NCBI GenBank assembly: GCA_963715645.1
Contig: OY970259.1
Span: 1,208,545-1,272,544 of the forward strand
Length of the DNA stretch: 64,000 nt
From: an uncultured Thermoplasmata archaeon
GTDB lineage: Archaea; Thermoplasmatota; Thermoplasmata; Lutacidiplasmatales; UBA184
Direction of reading: 5' to 3'
A program made the position numbers and the translations under genes. Below are positions 47,492 to 59,402 of the stretch, piece after piece; position 1 is the stretch's first letter, and the number at the start of each line of letters is the position of its first letter. Below the pieces are notes generated by a model. It had not been told where the DNA came from. It worked only from the letters and a program-made list of their open reading frames with translations, and did no database searches.

Positions 47492-48217
47492 GTGTCGCCA
47501 AAGAGAGGAGCTCCTCCCGCGCTGGATTTCCACGTCCTGGGAAGAGGCCCCTGGGGTACTTTCCTCTACGGGTCGTCGAGGCCGGTCGTCGACCGGATCG
47601 CCTACGCCATGGCCCGCGCCAACGACCCGAACCCGACCTGGCTCGACATCCGCAACGCGAACGGGGGCTCCGACCTCGCGAGCCCGAGCGACCTCGGGTG
47701 GATCCCCAAGAATCACCTCTTCTTCGTCTCCCCTACCGACGCGATGCCTCAGGACGCGACTGCGAGCAGGGTCCTGTGGAGCGTGGTGCGGTCCGACGAG
47801 CCGAGCGCCGTGATCGCCGGACTTACCGATTTTCTGCGGCTGCCGCCGACGGTCCAAGTCGCCGTCAGCCAGGTAGGACGTGAGCCCGCGCGGCCGGTCG
47901 TGGTGATCGCGAACAGCGACCGCGTCCGCGACTACTACCCGAGGGAGCCGGCGGGCGTTCGACCAATCATCGATGCGATCCTGCAGGCGGGGGTGCTCCC
48001 GGTCTTCGCGGCGGTCGGTCCCCCCGGGACGGGCCGCTCGGCCTTTGACTTCGTTTTCGAGGTCCAGGCGGCCGACCTCGGGGGATGGCGGGCCGGTTCG
48101 CTGGTGTGCCACAAGGCCCCCCCCGGAACCTCGCTCCCGCTCGACCTCCCAATCCCGCTGTCCTCGCTTCCCCAGGTCGTGGAGGCTCTCGACCTCCGGT
48201 CCGCACGCCCCGCCTAG
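47492..48217 (+). CDS. Hypothetical protein (possible degenerate RecA/KaiC-like fold without Walker A)
   Basis: The coherent protein-like sequence starts around VSPKRGAPPALDFHVLGRGPWGTFLYGSS. A GGTTTAAC box lies about 27 nt upstream of the GTG at 47492. No conserved catalytic motif is seen. Confidence 0.4.
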   Translation: MSPKRGAPPALDFHVLGRGPWGTFLYGSSRPVVDRIAYAMARANDPNPTWLDIRNANGGSDLASPSDLGWIPKNHLFFVSPTDAMPQDATASRVLWSVVRSDEPSAVIAGLTDFLRLPPTVQVAVSQVGREPARPVVVIANSDRVRDYYPREPAGVRPIIDAILQAGVLPVFAAVGPPGTGRSAFDFVFEVQAADLGGWRAGSLVCHKAPPGTSLPLDLPIPLSSLPQVVEALDLRSARPA

Positions 48218-48233
48218 GGCGATCGACCCGGGG

Positions 48234-48653
48234 CTACTTCTTCGGGCGGGCCCGCAGATACTTTCTCAGAGGGTCCCAGTAGCTCTCCTTCCAGCCCGCG
48301 CTCAGGTGCGCGAGGTGCTCTTGGGGTACCCCCGTATGAGTGAACTTCAGTCGCGTTCCGGCCCGCGTCGGGAAGAGCACGAACGTCACCTTGGAGAAAT
48401 GGGTCCGGGGCCAGGTCTCCTCCGCCGGTCTCCAGCGTTGGACGATCCGCTTCCCCGGGACCAGCGTGAGGTTCTTCCCGTGGATGTAGCCTCCCCAGGC
48501 CATGATCTGGCCGCCCACGCGCGGGCTGATGCGGGCCGGGGCGCCCGTGAAAGCGGAGTGGCCCTTGGTGGTCATGAGAGCCGTGTAGACCTCGATGGGG
48601 GGCGCCGGGAGGGAGACGGTCTGTCGGATGGTTCCGGTCTTCATGGTGACCAC
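48234..48653 (-). CDS. SRPBCC-superfamily protein (Aha1/AHSA1-like START fold)
   Basis: IRQTVSLPAPPIEVYTALMT...WGGYIHGKNLTLVPGKRIVQRW...LKFTHTGVP...GWKESYWDPL is the typical AHSA1-domain pattern. Confidence 0.7.
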   Translation of the reverse strand: MVTMKTGTIRQTVSLPAPPIEVYTALMTTKGHSAFTGAPARISPRVGGQIMAWGGYIHGKNLTLVPGKRIVQRWRPAEETWPRTHFSKVTFVLFPTRAGTRLKFTHTGVPQEHLAHLSAGWKESYWDPLRKYLRARPKK

Positions 48654-48881
48654 CTAGGTCGGGGAGTCTTCTCTCGGATAAGCCATCTCCGGCGCTCCCT
48701 GGAACGAACTCCAGAGGAGCGGTCGAATGTTGCGGGCGGGTGGCGTCGACGGACCGGGGACGAGCCCGACCATCCTCGCGCCCTCGGGGACCGCACGGAC
48801 CCTGCTAGGCGCGGGCGGCGACGGGTGAGCGACGCGGACGCGGTAAGTAGCCGCTTGACGTTCGGGTACCGGAGGGATCCG

Positions 48882-49097
48882 GTGACCGACGAGACACTCA
48901 ACGATGCATTGTACGAAGCAAAGCGGGCCGCGAAGGACCTGGCCTCAGCCAGCGCCAAGCTATCCCGTCGATTGCTCACGAAGGCCGAAGACGCTGCGAG
49001 GGACCCAGAGGGTTCGGCCCGGAAAGCTACCCGGCTCGTGGCCAAGGAACTCGACGCAGCGGCCCGGGAGATTGAGCGGATCCTGAACGACCTATAG
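48882..49097 (+). CDS. Small Ala/Lys/Glu-rich helical protein (start uncertain)
   Basis: Only the last ~70 codons of the long track ORF 47973..49097 look protein-like (TDETLNDALYEAKRAAKDLASASAKLSRRLLTKAEDAARD...). No known motif. Confidence 0.3.
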   Translation: MTDETLNDALYEAKRAAKDLASASAKLSRRLLTKAEDAARDPEGSARKATRLVAKELDAAAREIERILNDL

Positions 49098-49322
49098 GAG
49101 AGAGCTCTCCTCGAATCGCAGAGCGAGCGCTCCCGGATTTGGGCGCGGGCCCTGCGGGTACGAATGGCCCGCCCCTCGCTGCATGTTCATGACGGGGCCG
49201 AGCGTTCCCGGGGTCAGCGCTCGGGGGAAAAGCGTCTGGGAACGCCGACGCCCGCACGCCCTTAAATAGCGTACAGTGCTCAAATGATGCACCCGTTGCC
49301 CCGACGGGTCCTCAGGAACTCC

Positions 49323-51117
49323 ATGACCACCCCCGCCGCCAAAGCCAGCCCCCTTCCGGAGGAATCCGGGCCCGGGGCGGCCCGCCCCGTGGCTCCTCTC
49401 ACCGACGTCAGCGTCATGATCGGGGGGCAAGGCGGCGACGGTACCCTCACCGTCTCCGACCTCCTCGGCCGATACTTCCGGAAGCGGGGCCTCTATGTGT
49501 ACACGTCACGCAATGTGCTGTCCCGGATCCGCGGGGGCCATGCCGACGCTTCGGTGCGCGCGAGCCGGGACCCGACCGCGGCCGTGAAGTCGACGGTCGA
49601 CGTGCTGGTCGCCTTCGACCAAGAGGCGGTGACGATCGGCCACTCCGAGCTAGCCCCCCACGGGTACATCCTCTACGACTCGACCGCGTTCAAGTCGGAC
49701 CTGCCCAACGCGTCGGGGTTTCCGTTCGCGACCCTGGTCGGCGGGGTGCTCGGCCAACCGATCTTCAAGAACACGGCGGCCTACGGCGCGCTCGAGCGTC
49801 GTGTTCGGCTTTGACCCGGCCGAGACGCGAGCCGTCATTGAGGAGCGGTTCAAGCGACGGGGGGGCGAAGCCCTCGAGAAGAACCTCAAAGCCCTCGAGA
49901 TCGGTCGGAAGGCCGCGCTCGAGGTCCCGGGCCTGGCGGACCGGTACAGCGTCGCCGACGGGGATGCCCACGACCTCGTCATGACGACCGGCAACCAGGC
50001 CGTCGCCCTCGGGTTCGTCGTAGGCGGGGGACGGTTCTTCGCCGGCTACCCGATCACGCCGGCGACCGAGATCATGGAGTACCTTCAGCGGTACTTCCCC
50101 CCCTCCACGGGGTCGTGCGCCAGGCCGAGGACGAGCTGGCCGCGGTGAACATGATCATCGGGGCGGCTTACACCGGTGCGCGGGTCATGACCTCGACCAG
50201 CGGGCCCGGCCTCTCGCTGATGACCGAAGGGATCGGACACGCCGGCACGGCGGAGCTTCCGATCGTGGTCGCGGACTGCTCGCGGGTCGGGCCGTCGACC
50301 GGCCAACCTACGCGGCACGAGCAGTCCGACCTCTCGCACCTCGCGAACCTTGGCCACGGGGAGTACCCTCGATTCATCCTCGCCCCCGGGACCCCGGTCG
50401 ACTGCTTCGAGATGACCGTCGAGGCCCTGAACCTCGCCGAACGATGGCGGCTCCCGGTCATTCTCCTCCTCGATCAGGCTCTCTCGCAAAACACGACCAG
50501 CAGTCCCCGGTTCGACATCTCCCGGGTCCACGTGGCTCGGGGCGAGCGACTGACGGGCGACTCCGCCGCCCAGCTCGCCCAGTACAAGGCGTACCGCTTC
50601 ACGGAGACCGGCCAGAGCCCGTATGCTCCTCCCGGGACCCCGGGCGTCTGGGCTGAGATCACGGGCAATGAGCACGACGAATGGGGCCACGTCTCGGTCA
50701 ACCCGGTGAATCGCGTCCGCATGATGAAGAAGCGACTCGAAAAGATGGTCAAGGCGCGCGACGAGCTCCCCGGGGGCTCGATTTTTCGGCCCGGCCGACG
50801 CGAAGGTCGGCATCATCGGCTTCGGCAGTACGATCGGGCCGATCCTCGAAGCGCAGCGGTTGCTTATGGCCCGCGGCAAGGCGACCCGTTTCCTCCAGGC
50901 CCGGACGTTGTACCCCGTCCCCACCCAGGAGATCGACCCGTTCCTGAAGTCCGTGGACGTCGCGTACGTCGTGGAGCACAACTACACCGGCCAGTTCCAC
51001 CGCCTGCTCCGCGAGACGATGCCCTGGCACTACCAGAAGCTCCGCTCCATCCTGAAGTACGACGGCTCAACCTTCCGTGCCCCGCAGATCATCGCCGAGA
51101 TTCCCGAGGTCGCCTAG
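49323..51117 (+). CDS. korA: 2-oxoacid:ferredoxin oxidoreductase alpha subunit with fused N-terminal gamma domain (frame switches near 49795, 50100 and 50780)
   Basis: The gamma-like part reads VMIGGQGGDGTL. The alpha part reads TTGNQAVALGFVVGG...AGYPITPATEIMEY / RQAEDELAAVNMIIGAAYTGARVMTSTSGPGLSLM / IIGFGSTIGPILEAQ...ARTLYPVP. At 50097-50103, 7 C are present where 8 C would restore ...YFPPLHGVVRQAEDE. Confidence 0.8.
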
Positions 51118-51118
51118 G

Positions 51119-51985
51119 ATGGTCGAGTCCGCGAAGCCGGTTCCGCCGATCTGGTGCCCGGGCTGCGGTGACTTCGGGGTCCTCGCCGCCCTCAAGAAGG
51201 CCGCGCTCGAGATCAAGCTCGCACCGCACGACCTCGTGCTGGTCGGCGGGATCGGGTGCTCTGGCTCCATCCACAACTTCCTCGAGGTCAACGGGATCCA
51301 CGCGCTCCATGGCCGACTCCTGGCCCAGGCCGTCGGCGTGAAGCTTGCGAACCCGGCGCTCACGGTCGTGGCCGCCGGCGGGGACGGGGACGGCTACGCC
51401 ATCGGGATGGGTCACTTCATCCACGCGTTCAAGAAGAACACCTCGATCATCTACATCGCCATGAACAACGAGACCTACGGCCTCACGAAGGGGCAGCCGT
51501 CGCCCACGAGCCAGATCGGGTTCGAAGGGAATATCGAGCGGCCGTTCGACGCGATCCTCACTGCGCTCTCCATCCCGGCGCCGAACCTCATCGCACGGAC
51601 CTTCTCCGGGGACCCGAAGACGATGATCGCCGTGATCGGGGAGGCGCTCCGGTTCACGCGCGAGGGGCGCGGGTTCGCGTTCATCGAGGACCTCTCCCCT
51701 TGCGTCACCTACAACGATACCTACAAGCTGTGGCGGGAGAAGGTGCTGGACGTCTCGAAGGTCGAAGGGTACGACCCGACCGACCGAAAGGCGATGTTCC
51801 GGATCTGCCTCGAGACGATGGACGCCGGACGGATCCCAATCGGCGTCATGCACCGACCGAAGGAAGTTTCCCGCGAGGGTCTCGAGACGAAGCTCCTCGG
51901 GGAATCCACCGGGCCCGCGCGCACCGACATCGAGATCGCGCCCAACCTTCCGGCGTACGAGAAGCTCCTCGCCACCCTCGCCTGA
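51119..51985 (+). CDS. korB: 2-oxoacid:ferredoxin oxidoreductase beta subunit (TPP-binding)
   Basis: WCPGCGDFGVL, GIGCSG and GGDGDGYAIGMGHF...YIAMNNETYGLTKGQ are canonical beta-subunit motifs. The ORF is intact. Confidence 0.85.
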   Translation: MVESAKPVPPIWCPGCGDFGVLAALKKAALEIKLAPHDLVLVGGIGCSGSIHNFLEVNGIHALHGRLLAQAVGVKLANPALTVVAAGGDGDGYAIGMGHFIHAFKKNTSIIYIAMNNETYGLTKGQPSPTSQIGFEGNIERPFDAILTALSIPAPNLIARTFSGDPKTMIAVIGEALRFTREGRGFAFIEDLSPCVTYNDTYKLWREKVLDVSKVEGYDPTDRKAMFRICLETMDAGRIPIGVMHRPKEVSREGLETKLLGESTGPARTDIEIAPNLPAYEKLLATLA

Positions 51986-52022
51986 CGCTGGGGGACGGCG
52001 GGGGCGTTCGTTCCCGCACGGC

Positions 52023-53341
52023 ATGACGCTTTGGGTCGGGATCGACGACACGGACTCTCCCCGGGGAGGCTGCACGACGTTCGTGCTGACCGAGCTGCTT
52101 GCGCTTGCGGCGGAGCACGACCTCGACCTCGTCGGCGAGCCTCGTCTGGTCCGACTGAACCCGAACATCCCTTGGAAGACGCGGGGGAACGCGGCGCTCT
52201 CCGCTCGCTTCGGCCGCGGAGCGGGGCGTCCCCGCCTCGTCGGGGAGGTCGGGGAGCGTCAGCTCCGTAGCTTTCCCCGCGGCAGGGCTCCCTCTCCCCA
52301 CGCGGTCGAACGGTTCCTCGACGCAGCCTGGAGCGTGGTCCGTGCCTCCGCTCAGACCGGGGAGAAGGGGACCGACCCGGCGATGGTCGCCACCGAGCGG
52401 CCTTTCCCGGCACGCTGGTACCATCGGGCGGTGCAGGAGGTCGTCGCGGTCGACCAGGTTCGTCAGGAGCTGGCGGCCGCCGGGGTGTGGATGAGGACCG
52501 AGGGGAGCGACCAGGGCCTGGTCGGCGCGGCCGCCTCGATCGCGTGGCCCGGCCGACCGGGGCACGTGGGAGCTGATCTCCTACCGCGATCCGGAGCGGT
52601 ACGGGCGACCGCGCGAGGTGGACTCGCGGTCGGTACGCGCCGCCCAGGCCGCGGACCCTCGACTCTTCCTCTGCTTCGACCGCAGGACCCGGCGCCTCCT
52701 GGTGGCCCCGCACACTCCCTGCCCGATCCTCTTCGGGCTCCGTGGAACTACCCGAGATGCGCCGCTGCGCGCCCGCGAACGGGTCCGGTCAGAACCCGTG
52801 GAACGGTGGGTGCTGTTTCGGACGAATCAGGGGACCGGGGATCACTTGATCCGACGCGAGGCGGACCGCTGGCCCGACTACTGCTCGGGTTGGATTGGGG
52901 GGGAGGTCCGCGCGCCCGGGGTGGCCTTGCGCGGCGGTCACGTGCGCTTCTCAATCGTTCCCTCGCGGGGCCCCCCGGTGGTGTGTCTCGCCTTCGAACC
53001 TACGAAGACCCTCCCCCAGGTAGCCCAGGACCTCCGCGCCGGGGACCGGGTGCGAGTCTGGGGAAGCCGGGGAACGAGGCCTGAGGTCCGGTTGGAGGGG
53101 ATCGAGCTGCTCCGATGGGCGCCCACCCAATCGGGTACGCGTCCGCCCCATTGCATGTCATGTCGCCGGAGCAGCCGGTCCCTGGGCCGGCAGCGGGGAT
53201 TTCAGTGCCCGGAGTGTCACCGACGGTGGCCCCCGGAGGCGGCCACCCATCCCCCTCGCGCTCCCCCTCGGAACCTCGGGACGTCACCACCCCACGCCTT
53301 CGGCGCGGCGCCACCTGGCCCCGCTGGGCCCCGAACCGTAG
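52023..53341 (+). CDS. tiaS: tRNA(Ile2) 2-agmatinylcytidine synthetase TiaS (frame switches near 52565 and 53290)
   Basis: MTLWVGIDDTDSPRGGCTTF is the signature TiaS N-terminus. It continues with WELISYRDPERYG...CPILFGLRG...FRTNQGTGDH. A Zn ribbon (CMSCRRS...CPECH) follows, then the tail TPSARRHLAPLGPEP ending at TAG 53339-53341. Confidence 0.8.
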
Positions 53342-53501
53342 CCCGCGGGCACGCACGAACGCTTTTGAGGGGTGGCTCGCTCTTACCTACCGAGGAGCGA
53401 CCCATGCGACCCGCTCGCCGGCCCCGAATCCATTCTTCGAGCACCGGCGGCCCCGGGCCGAGGCGCCGGCCCCCGGATCTTCGAGGGGAGTGAGACCGGC
53501 G

Positions 53502-54631
53502 ATGGTCGCTCTGTCGTGTCCTGCGTGCGGGACGCTCGTCCCGGACGAGGCCCCGGTCTGCCCGAAATGCCAGCTCTCGGGGAGCCTGTTCAATGCGGTG
53601 CGGGAGGCGGCAGGCCCCACGGAAACCGACCCGGTCTCGCTCCGGACCATCGGCGAGCTCCTCGCGACGGTCGACCTCACCAAGCCAGTGTCGCCACCGC
53701 CCTCGGGGACTCCCGCCCTCCTCAGCCGGAGCTTTCAATTCCCTCCGCTGCCGAGCGTCGAGGTCGCTCCGCCTCCGGACCAGGTCGAGCCGGTCCGTGC
53801 GCCGGCTCCGATCCAGGAGTTCCCCGAACTTCCCCCCGTCCCCACGGATGCGGAGCTGGAGCGCCGCCTCGACGAGTACTCCCAGCTCGGTCGTCGCCTA
53901 GGCCTCGATTTCACGAACTTCGAGGAACGGAACGCGGAAGCCCACCTCACGCAGGACCGGCCCTCGCTCGAATCGCTCGCCCGAGAGATGTTCGTCCACC
54001 TCATCAGCGTCCTCGCCGAGGAGTTCGAGGCGGCACTGGCGCGACGCAACGAGCTCGCGGCATTCTGCCCGACCCCAACGGTCGATGTCGAGCTCGATGG
54101 CGCCCGACAGGCCCTCACTCGCCGGGACCTCACCGGAGCCCAACGTCGCATGAGCCACGTGCGCGACGAGCTCCAGCGCTCCGAAGAGGAGTGGACGGTC
54201 GGCCGGATCCTCGTGACGGAGGGGGAGCTGCTCGCCGGGACGATCCGAGAGCTCGGAGGTGACCCGTCCCCGGCCCTGGGTCCGTTCGAGGAAGGCCGCC
54301 GGCTCGTGCTGGTCGGGCGGCGAAGTGACGGGGAACGGTTGCTCGCCCGCGGGGCGATCGCGCTCTGGGCCGTGCTCGAGCCACGCTTGGTCGAGGACCT
54401 GCACCGCCTTCGCGACCGGCTGGTCGAATCCGTTCGGGCGGCGCCGATATCGAGGCAGCGGTGGGGGAGCTCCGCTCCGTGCTCGCCGAGCTCCGGCAGC
54501 GGAACTTCGTCGGGGCCATCGTGGCGTACCGGGCGGGTCCGGTCGTTCGCCGACCGTCAATCCCCGCCGGCGAGGTGCCCGAGGTCTCCGGCGAGGTCGT
54601 GGGGGGCTTGCGACCCTCCCCGTCCCTCTAG
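53502..54631 (+). CDS. Hypothetical protein: N-terminal zinc ribbon, Pro-rich linker, helical C-terminal domain (frame switch near 54445)
   Basis: MVALSCPACGTLVPDEAPVCPKCQ begins the protein. The helical part is ELERRLDEYSQLGRRLG...LVEDLHRLRDRLVESV. It continues as ADIEAAVGELRSVLAELRQRNFVGAIVAY to a TAG at about 54629. Confidence 0.45.
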
Positions 54632-54687
54632 CCAACGGTCCCGAACTGCGCCGCCCGTCAGGTCGGGCGGTCGAAGGGCCCGGTTCC

Positions 54688-57600
54688 CTACGAGGGTGGC
54701 GGGCCGCGGGACGGTTCTCGTGGTGCCCGGCTGCGCCGATAGAACACGAGGGCCAATCCCCCCAGGATCAACGTCGCCGCGGAGACGACGGCCAGAAGTA
54801 GCTCGAGCGACCCCGCCGTTAGGCTTCCTCCCGCCGTGGCCTCGGGCACGAGTACGATGCTAAGGTTCGTGCGCCCTCCACCGTGGACCGTCACGTTGTT
54901 GAAGTAGGGGACGTACCCCGACGCGGTCGCCTCGACCGAGTGGAGTCCGGCCGTCAGGTTGAGCGAGAACCCCCCGCCGCTCCCCAGGGCGACGGCCTGA
55001 CCGTCGACCGGAGCACGCTCCCCAATCCCGGGCTGACCTGGCCGACGAGAAGGCCGGGCACCCCGGTGGCCGAGAAGGTGATGTCGAGCGTCAGGTTGGC
55101 CACCAAGTCCACCGTGCCCGTCCCCGGCGAGGCCTCGTAGCCGGGCGGGGAACTGACGGTGAAGTTGTACGTGGCGCTCGCGAGGTCCTGCGCCGGGAAG
55201 TCCGGAACGTTGCCCAGGTCGATCCAGCTTCCGAACGAGTTCCAGACCGTCACGGTCCAGAACCCTCCGAGCGGGATCCCGACGGCCGTGAAGCCGAGCG
55301 CGAAGATCGGGTAGAACTGCAAGATGTCCGTCACGTTGGCCGCATCGACCAGCAGGACCTCGGTCGTGGGAATCCCGTAGGTCCCTCCCTGGGAACCGGC
55401 CGTGACAAAGTCCTCACCGGACGGCCACGTCTCCGTCACGGTGGTGCTGCCCGACATGCGGTAGGCGGTGCCGGTCGAGGTGTCGATGCCGACCCGCCAG
55501 GAGGTCCCCGTCGGGAGTCCCTGCTCCACGAAGGTGACCGTCCAGAGCGGTTCCGGCACCACGGGGTGTTCATCCCCACCCGTGGAAATCTCCCCGCTCG
55601 CGTTGTAGGGGAGCACCCAGTACGGGTCGGTCGAGTCGCCGTAATTCCACCAGAAGTTGCCGCCCAGCTCGGTACCGCCTACGATGTTGGGGCCGGGGGT
55701 GGGGGTGACGTTCCATCGGGCATCGAACGGGAGGCGGGGGGGAAGCCCGGTGTAGGGGTCGACGGTCGGCTCGATCGCGGGGAAGTAGGTTCCGAAGGCG
55801 TTGTTGTACACGAGGTCGGCGCAACCGCACCCCGAACCCCCTGCGCCGCCGTCGCCCCGCTCCGCCTCGAACAGTCCCGCGGTACCCGCCACCGCGCCGG
55901 CGATCGAGCCCTCGTCCGGCGCGAGGGGCAGGTAGTTCAGGAACGTGTTCCCGACAATTGTGTTGTTGGTGCCCCCGTACAAGAACAACCCTTCCCCGCT
56001 GGTCAGAAAGGTGTTGTTCGCGACGAGGCTCGCCGACGTGTTCCAGAAGACGACGCTCGCTTGCGCCGCGGCCGGTCCGAGGTAGGAGCCTGCGAACCAC
56101 CAACCGCCAATCGCGCCGGCGCCCGCGAGTCGGATCGCGGAATCGTCATAGCAGAACGTCGGCAGGTCGTTCGAGGATGGGGTGCCGAACCGGAGGCTCT
56201 CGTTCCGCAGCCAGGACGGGGTGAGCACCTCGAGACTCGGAGGCGAGGCCATCACCACATGGGTCACGTTCCACAGGAGGATTCCCGGCAGCTCGGGGTA
56301 GAAGAAATCGTTGAACGCCCCGAACCAGGGGTACGCCGTGGCCCCGTCCGACGGGGAGCCGAGCGGGCGAGACTCGTCGTTCCATAAGGTGCAGCCTCCG
56401 CCTCCGCAGCTCGAGGAGATGTTCGGGAGATTTGCGTTCGAAAGCGCCCAAAGTGGGGTGTAGACGCCCGCGCTCGGGTCGCCGCTGAGCGTAAGGTTCA
56501 GCCAGCTGGAGCCCGGCGCCGTGAGCAAGGTCGTCGAATCGGGGATGAAGTGCGAGGCGAGCGCTACGACAGAGGTACTCGCCAGGGACGACGGTGTACG
56601 GGCCCGCGGGCGGGACCCATTGAAAGGCGGACTCGGAGGGCGCGGTTCCGGCGGCGAGGAAGGTGAACCCGTTCTGTGGGGCGAGGCGGAGATGAAGGAC
56701 GGTCGAGCCCGCCGTCGCGTTCGTGACGTTCCACTCCCCCGTGAGAAACGACGGCCCCTGGCTCAGATAAGCGGCGGGGCCTGGGGGGCCTCCCAGCGCG
56801 GCGTCGGCCCCGGCCGCCCAGGTCGACGCGAGGCCGGCCGCGGTCTCGCCGGTATCCCCTCCGACGTCATAGGCGGAGGGGACCACCCGGAACACCCGAG
56901 CCCCCGCTTCCCAATAGTAGAGGCCCATTGCCGCGGAGGCGTTGAACGCGTCGAAGTTGCTCCCGCCACCGGGACCCCCGATGATGAACTCGAAATCATC
57001 GGGAAGTCCGAGGGCGTTGACGCCGTAGCCCTCCGCCACGTACACCGGCGGGACCGTGGTCCCCCCCGAGGGGGATGACGTGCTATTGAACTCCAGCTCA
57101 TCGTAGGACCCGGCTCGATGGACCGACCCGTTCGATACGGTGTAGTTGAAGAACACCACATCCCGGTTGTCCGACACGCTCGCATTCAGGAAGAGCGAAA
57201 GCCGGAACGGGTATCCGACCGGGATCCGCGGACCGAGCCCGTAGTAGAAGGTGGTCCCGACCTGGGTCCCGTTCGGTCCGTGGGCGTACAGGGCGTTCGT
57301 CGATAGCGCGGGAGTCGAGCTCGAGAAATTCCACAGGTTGTCGAGCAGGAGGAGCTCATGCGAGAAGGGAGAGGTACTCGACCACGTTCTGGGTCCAGAA
57401 CGAGTAGGAGGAGTTCCCCAGCAAGGTGACGTCCTGGAGTACCGCATTGAGCTGGACCCCGTACAAGTCCGGGCCCCCGACGTCCATGGAGAGTCCCGAG
57501 AACTGCGTGGGGGCGAACGTTCCTTCGAGTCCCGAGGTGCTGAGGTTCGCGGCCACGAGGGTGCCAGAACGGTTCATCACGCCGAAGTCCGCGACGCCGA

Positions 57601-57992
57601 TTGGAGCCGGGGCCGTCGTGTAGGTCGGCGAGACGAGTCCCGCCGGCGATGCCACCGAGGGGCCGCGGTCGAGGTCAGGGAGGAATGCATAGCGGAGGGG
57701 CACGCCCGCCGCCCGGATGGCATTCGATCGTCGCGGCCATCGGCCCGCTGGCCCCCGGAGAGCCTACGCCCTGGGGCGGGCTCGGGGTCCCGACGGGTCG
57801 GGGGGAAGGAGAGCCGGCCCCCACCACGCCAGAGAGAGGTCCCTCTCGGGCGGTGTCGCCCAGGTGCGGCGCAACCCATGGGGACTGGCCCGAGACGGCG
57901 TTCGGGCTCTCCGCAACGACCCCACCGCTCGCAAGGGCCAAGAGAACGATGAGCGGGGCAACCCGCACGACCCCGCGAAGGCCCGCACGCAC
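54688..57992 (-). CDS. Thermopsin-like (peptidase A5) secreted protease with extra beta-rich domains and a C-terminal membrane anchor (frame switches near 57750, 57370, 56575 and 55030)
   Basis: Signal peptide VRVAPLIVLLALASGGVVA. APAPIGVADFGV and LYGVQLNAVLQDV...YSFWTQNVVEY resemble thermopsin N-terminal motifs. There are many N-x-S/T sequons. The tail is LELLLAVVSAATLILGGLALVFYRRSR. Confidence 0.6.
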
Positions 57993-58131
57993 GTCGGTCT
58001 GTAGCGTGGGCAGGGTTGATACAACTTGGGGCCGCCGACCCGGCGCGTCCGCGTCCCCGGCGGGAAAGGCCGTCCTTGCGGTGGGCCGTCTCGGCCGGAG
58101 CTAATAAGAGCAGCCCGCCAGTCCCCCCGGC

Positions 58132-59402
58132 GTGCCGTTCAGTCCGCTCCGGGGCTTCCGGGACTACCCTCCTCCGGAGGCGGGGGCCCGGTCCGAGATC
58201 CGCCGACGGATGCGGGTCGGCCGCCCGTCGTGCCGGCTATTCCGAGCTGGAGGTCCCGAGCGTGGAGAGCTTCGAACTGTACCAGACCAAGAGCGGGGAG
58301 GGCATCGCCGCCGAGACGTGGCTCTTCCGCGACAAGGGGGACCGCCCCGTCGCGTTGGTGCCCGAAACGACCCCCTCCGTGGCCCGCATCTTCGCGGACC
58401 GAGCGAAATCCGAGCCGCTCCCGGTCAAGTGGTTCACCATCTCCAAGACCTGGCGCTACGAGGAGCCCCAGGCCGGGCGGACTCGCGAGTTCCTCCAGTT
58501 CAACCTCGACATTTTCGGCGTGGCCGGCGTGGAAGCCGAGGCGGACCTTCTCGCCACGGCGGCGATGTTCCTCGATGAGGCCGGGGCCACCGGTCTGTAC
58601 GCCTTCCGGATCAACGACCGGGCCATCGCCGAGGGCATCGGCGGGCTCTACGGCGTCCAGGACATGGCTCGGTTCTTCCGAGCGGTCGACCGGTATCGGA
58701 AGATCCCGCCCGCCGAGTTCGAGGGCGAGGTCCTGCAGGCCGGCCTCTCCGAGGACGCGGCTCGGGAACTCTCCGGCCTCTTCACCACCGCCGGCGCCGG
58801 GGTCCCCGCACGGGAGGTGGAACCCTTCTTCCTAGAGCCTCGAGCGACGTGGGTTGGGCGCGGCGGCGCAGGCGGGGCTCGAACGGATGCGCCGCCTCTT
58901 CTCGCTGCTCGACCGCGCCGGGCTCGGGAGTCGGGCCGTCTACGACCCGACCGTGGTCCGGGGGCTCGCGTACTACACTTCCACCGTCTTCGAGGCGTAC
59001 TCGCGTTCGGGCGACGCGCGGGCGCTCTTCGGGGGCGGGCGGTACGACCACCTCATCGAGCTTTTCGAGGGCCCTCCCACCCCCGCGGCAGGCCTGGCGA
59101 TCGGCGACCAGACGCTCGAGCTGCTCCTGAAGGGGGCGGGCCGATGGCCCGAGGGCGAGCCCCCGCTCGACACCTACGTGGTCGTCAACGACGCGGTCCG
59201 GATCCCCGAGGCGATCGAGCTCGTCCAGGAACTGCGGCGGGCCGGCCTCAGCGCGGACTGCGACCTGCTCGGTCGCTCGATGTCCAAACAGTTCAAGGAG
59301 GCAGGGCGGCGGCGTGCCCGCCGTGCGTTGATCCTGGGGCTGAAGGAGGTCGGGCCGGGTGTGATTGTCGAGCGTGATCTGACGATCGGGTGCCCAGCGT
59401 GA
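58132..59402 (+). CDS. hisS: Histidyl-tRNA synthetase (frame switches near 58215 and 58850; true stop may be TAG near 59441)
   Basis: PLRGFRDY, FRDKGDRPVALVPETT, WRYEEPQAGRTREFLQFNLDIFG, VRGLAYYTSTVFE and GGGRYD are class-II HisRS motifs in order across three frames. Confidence 0.85.
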
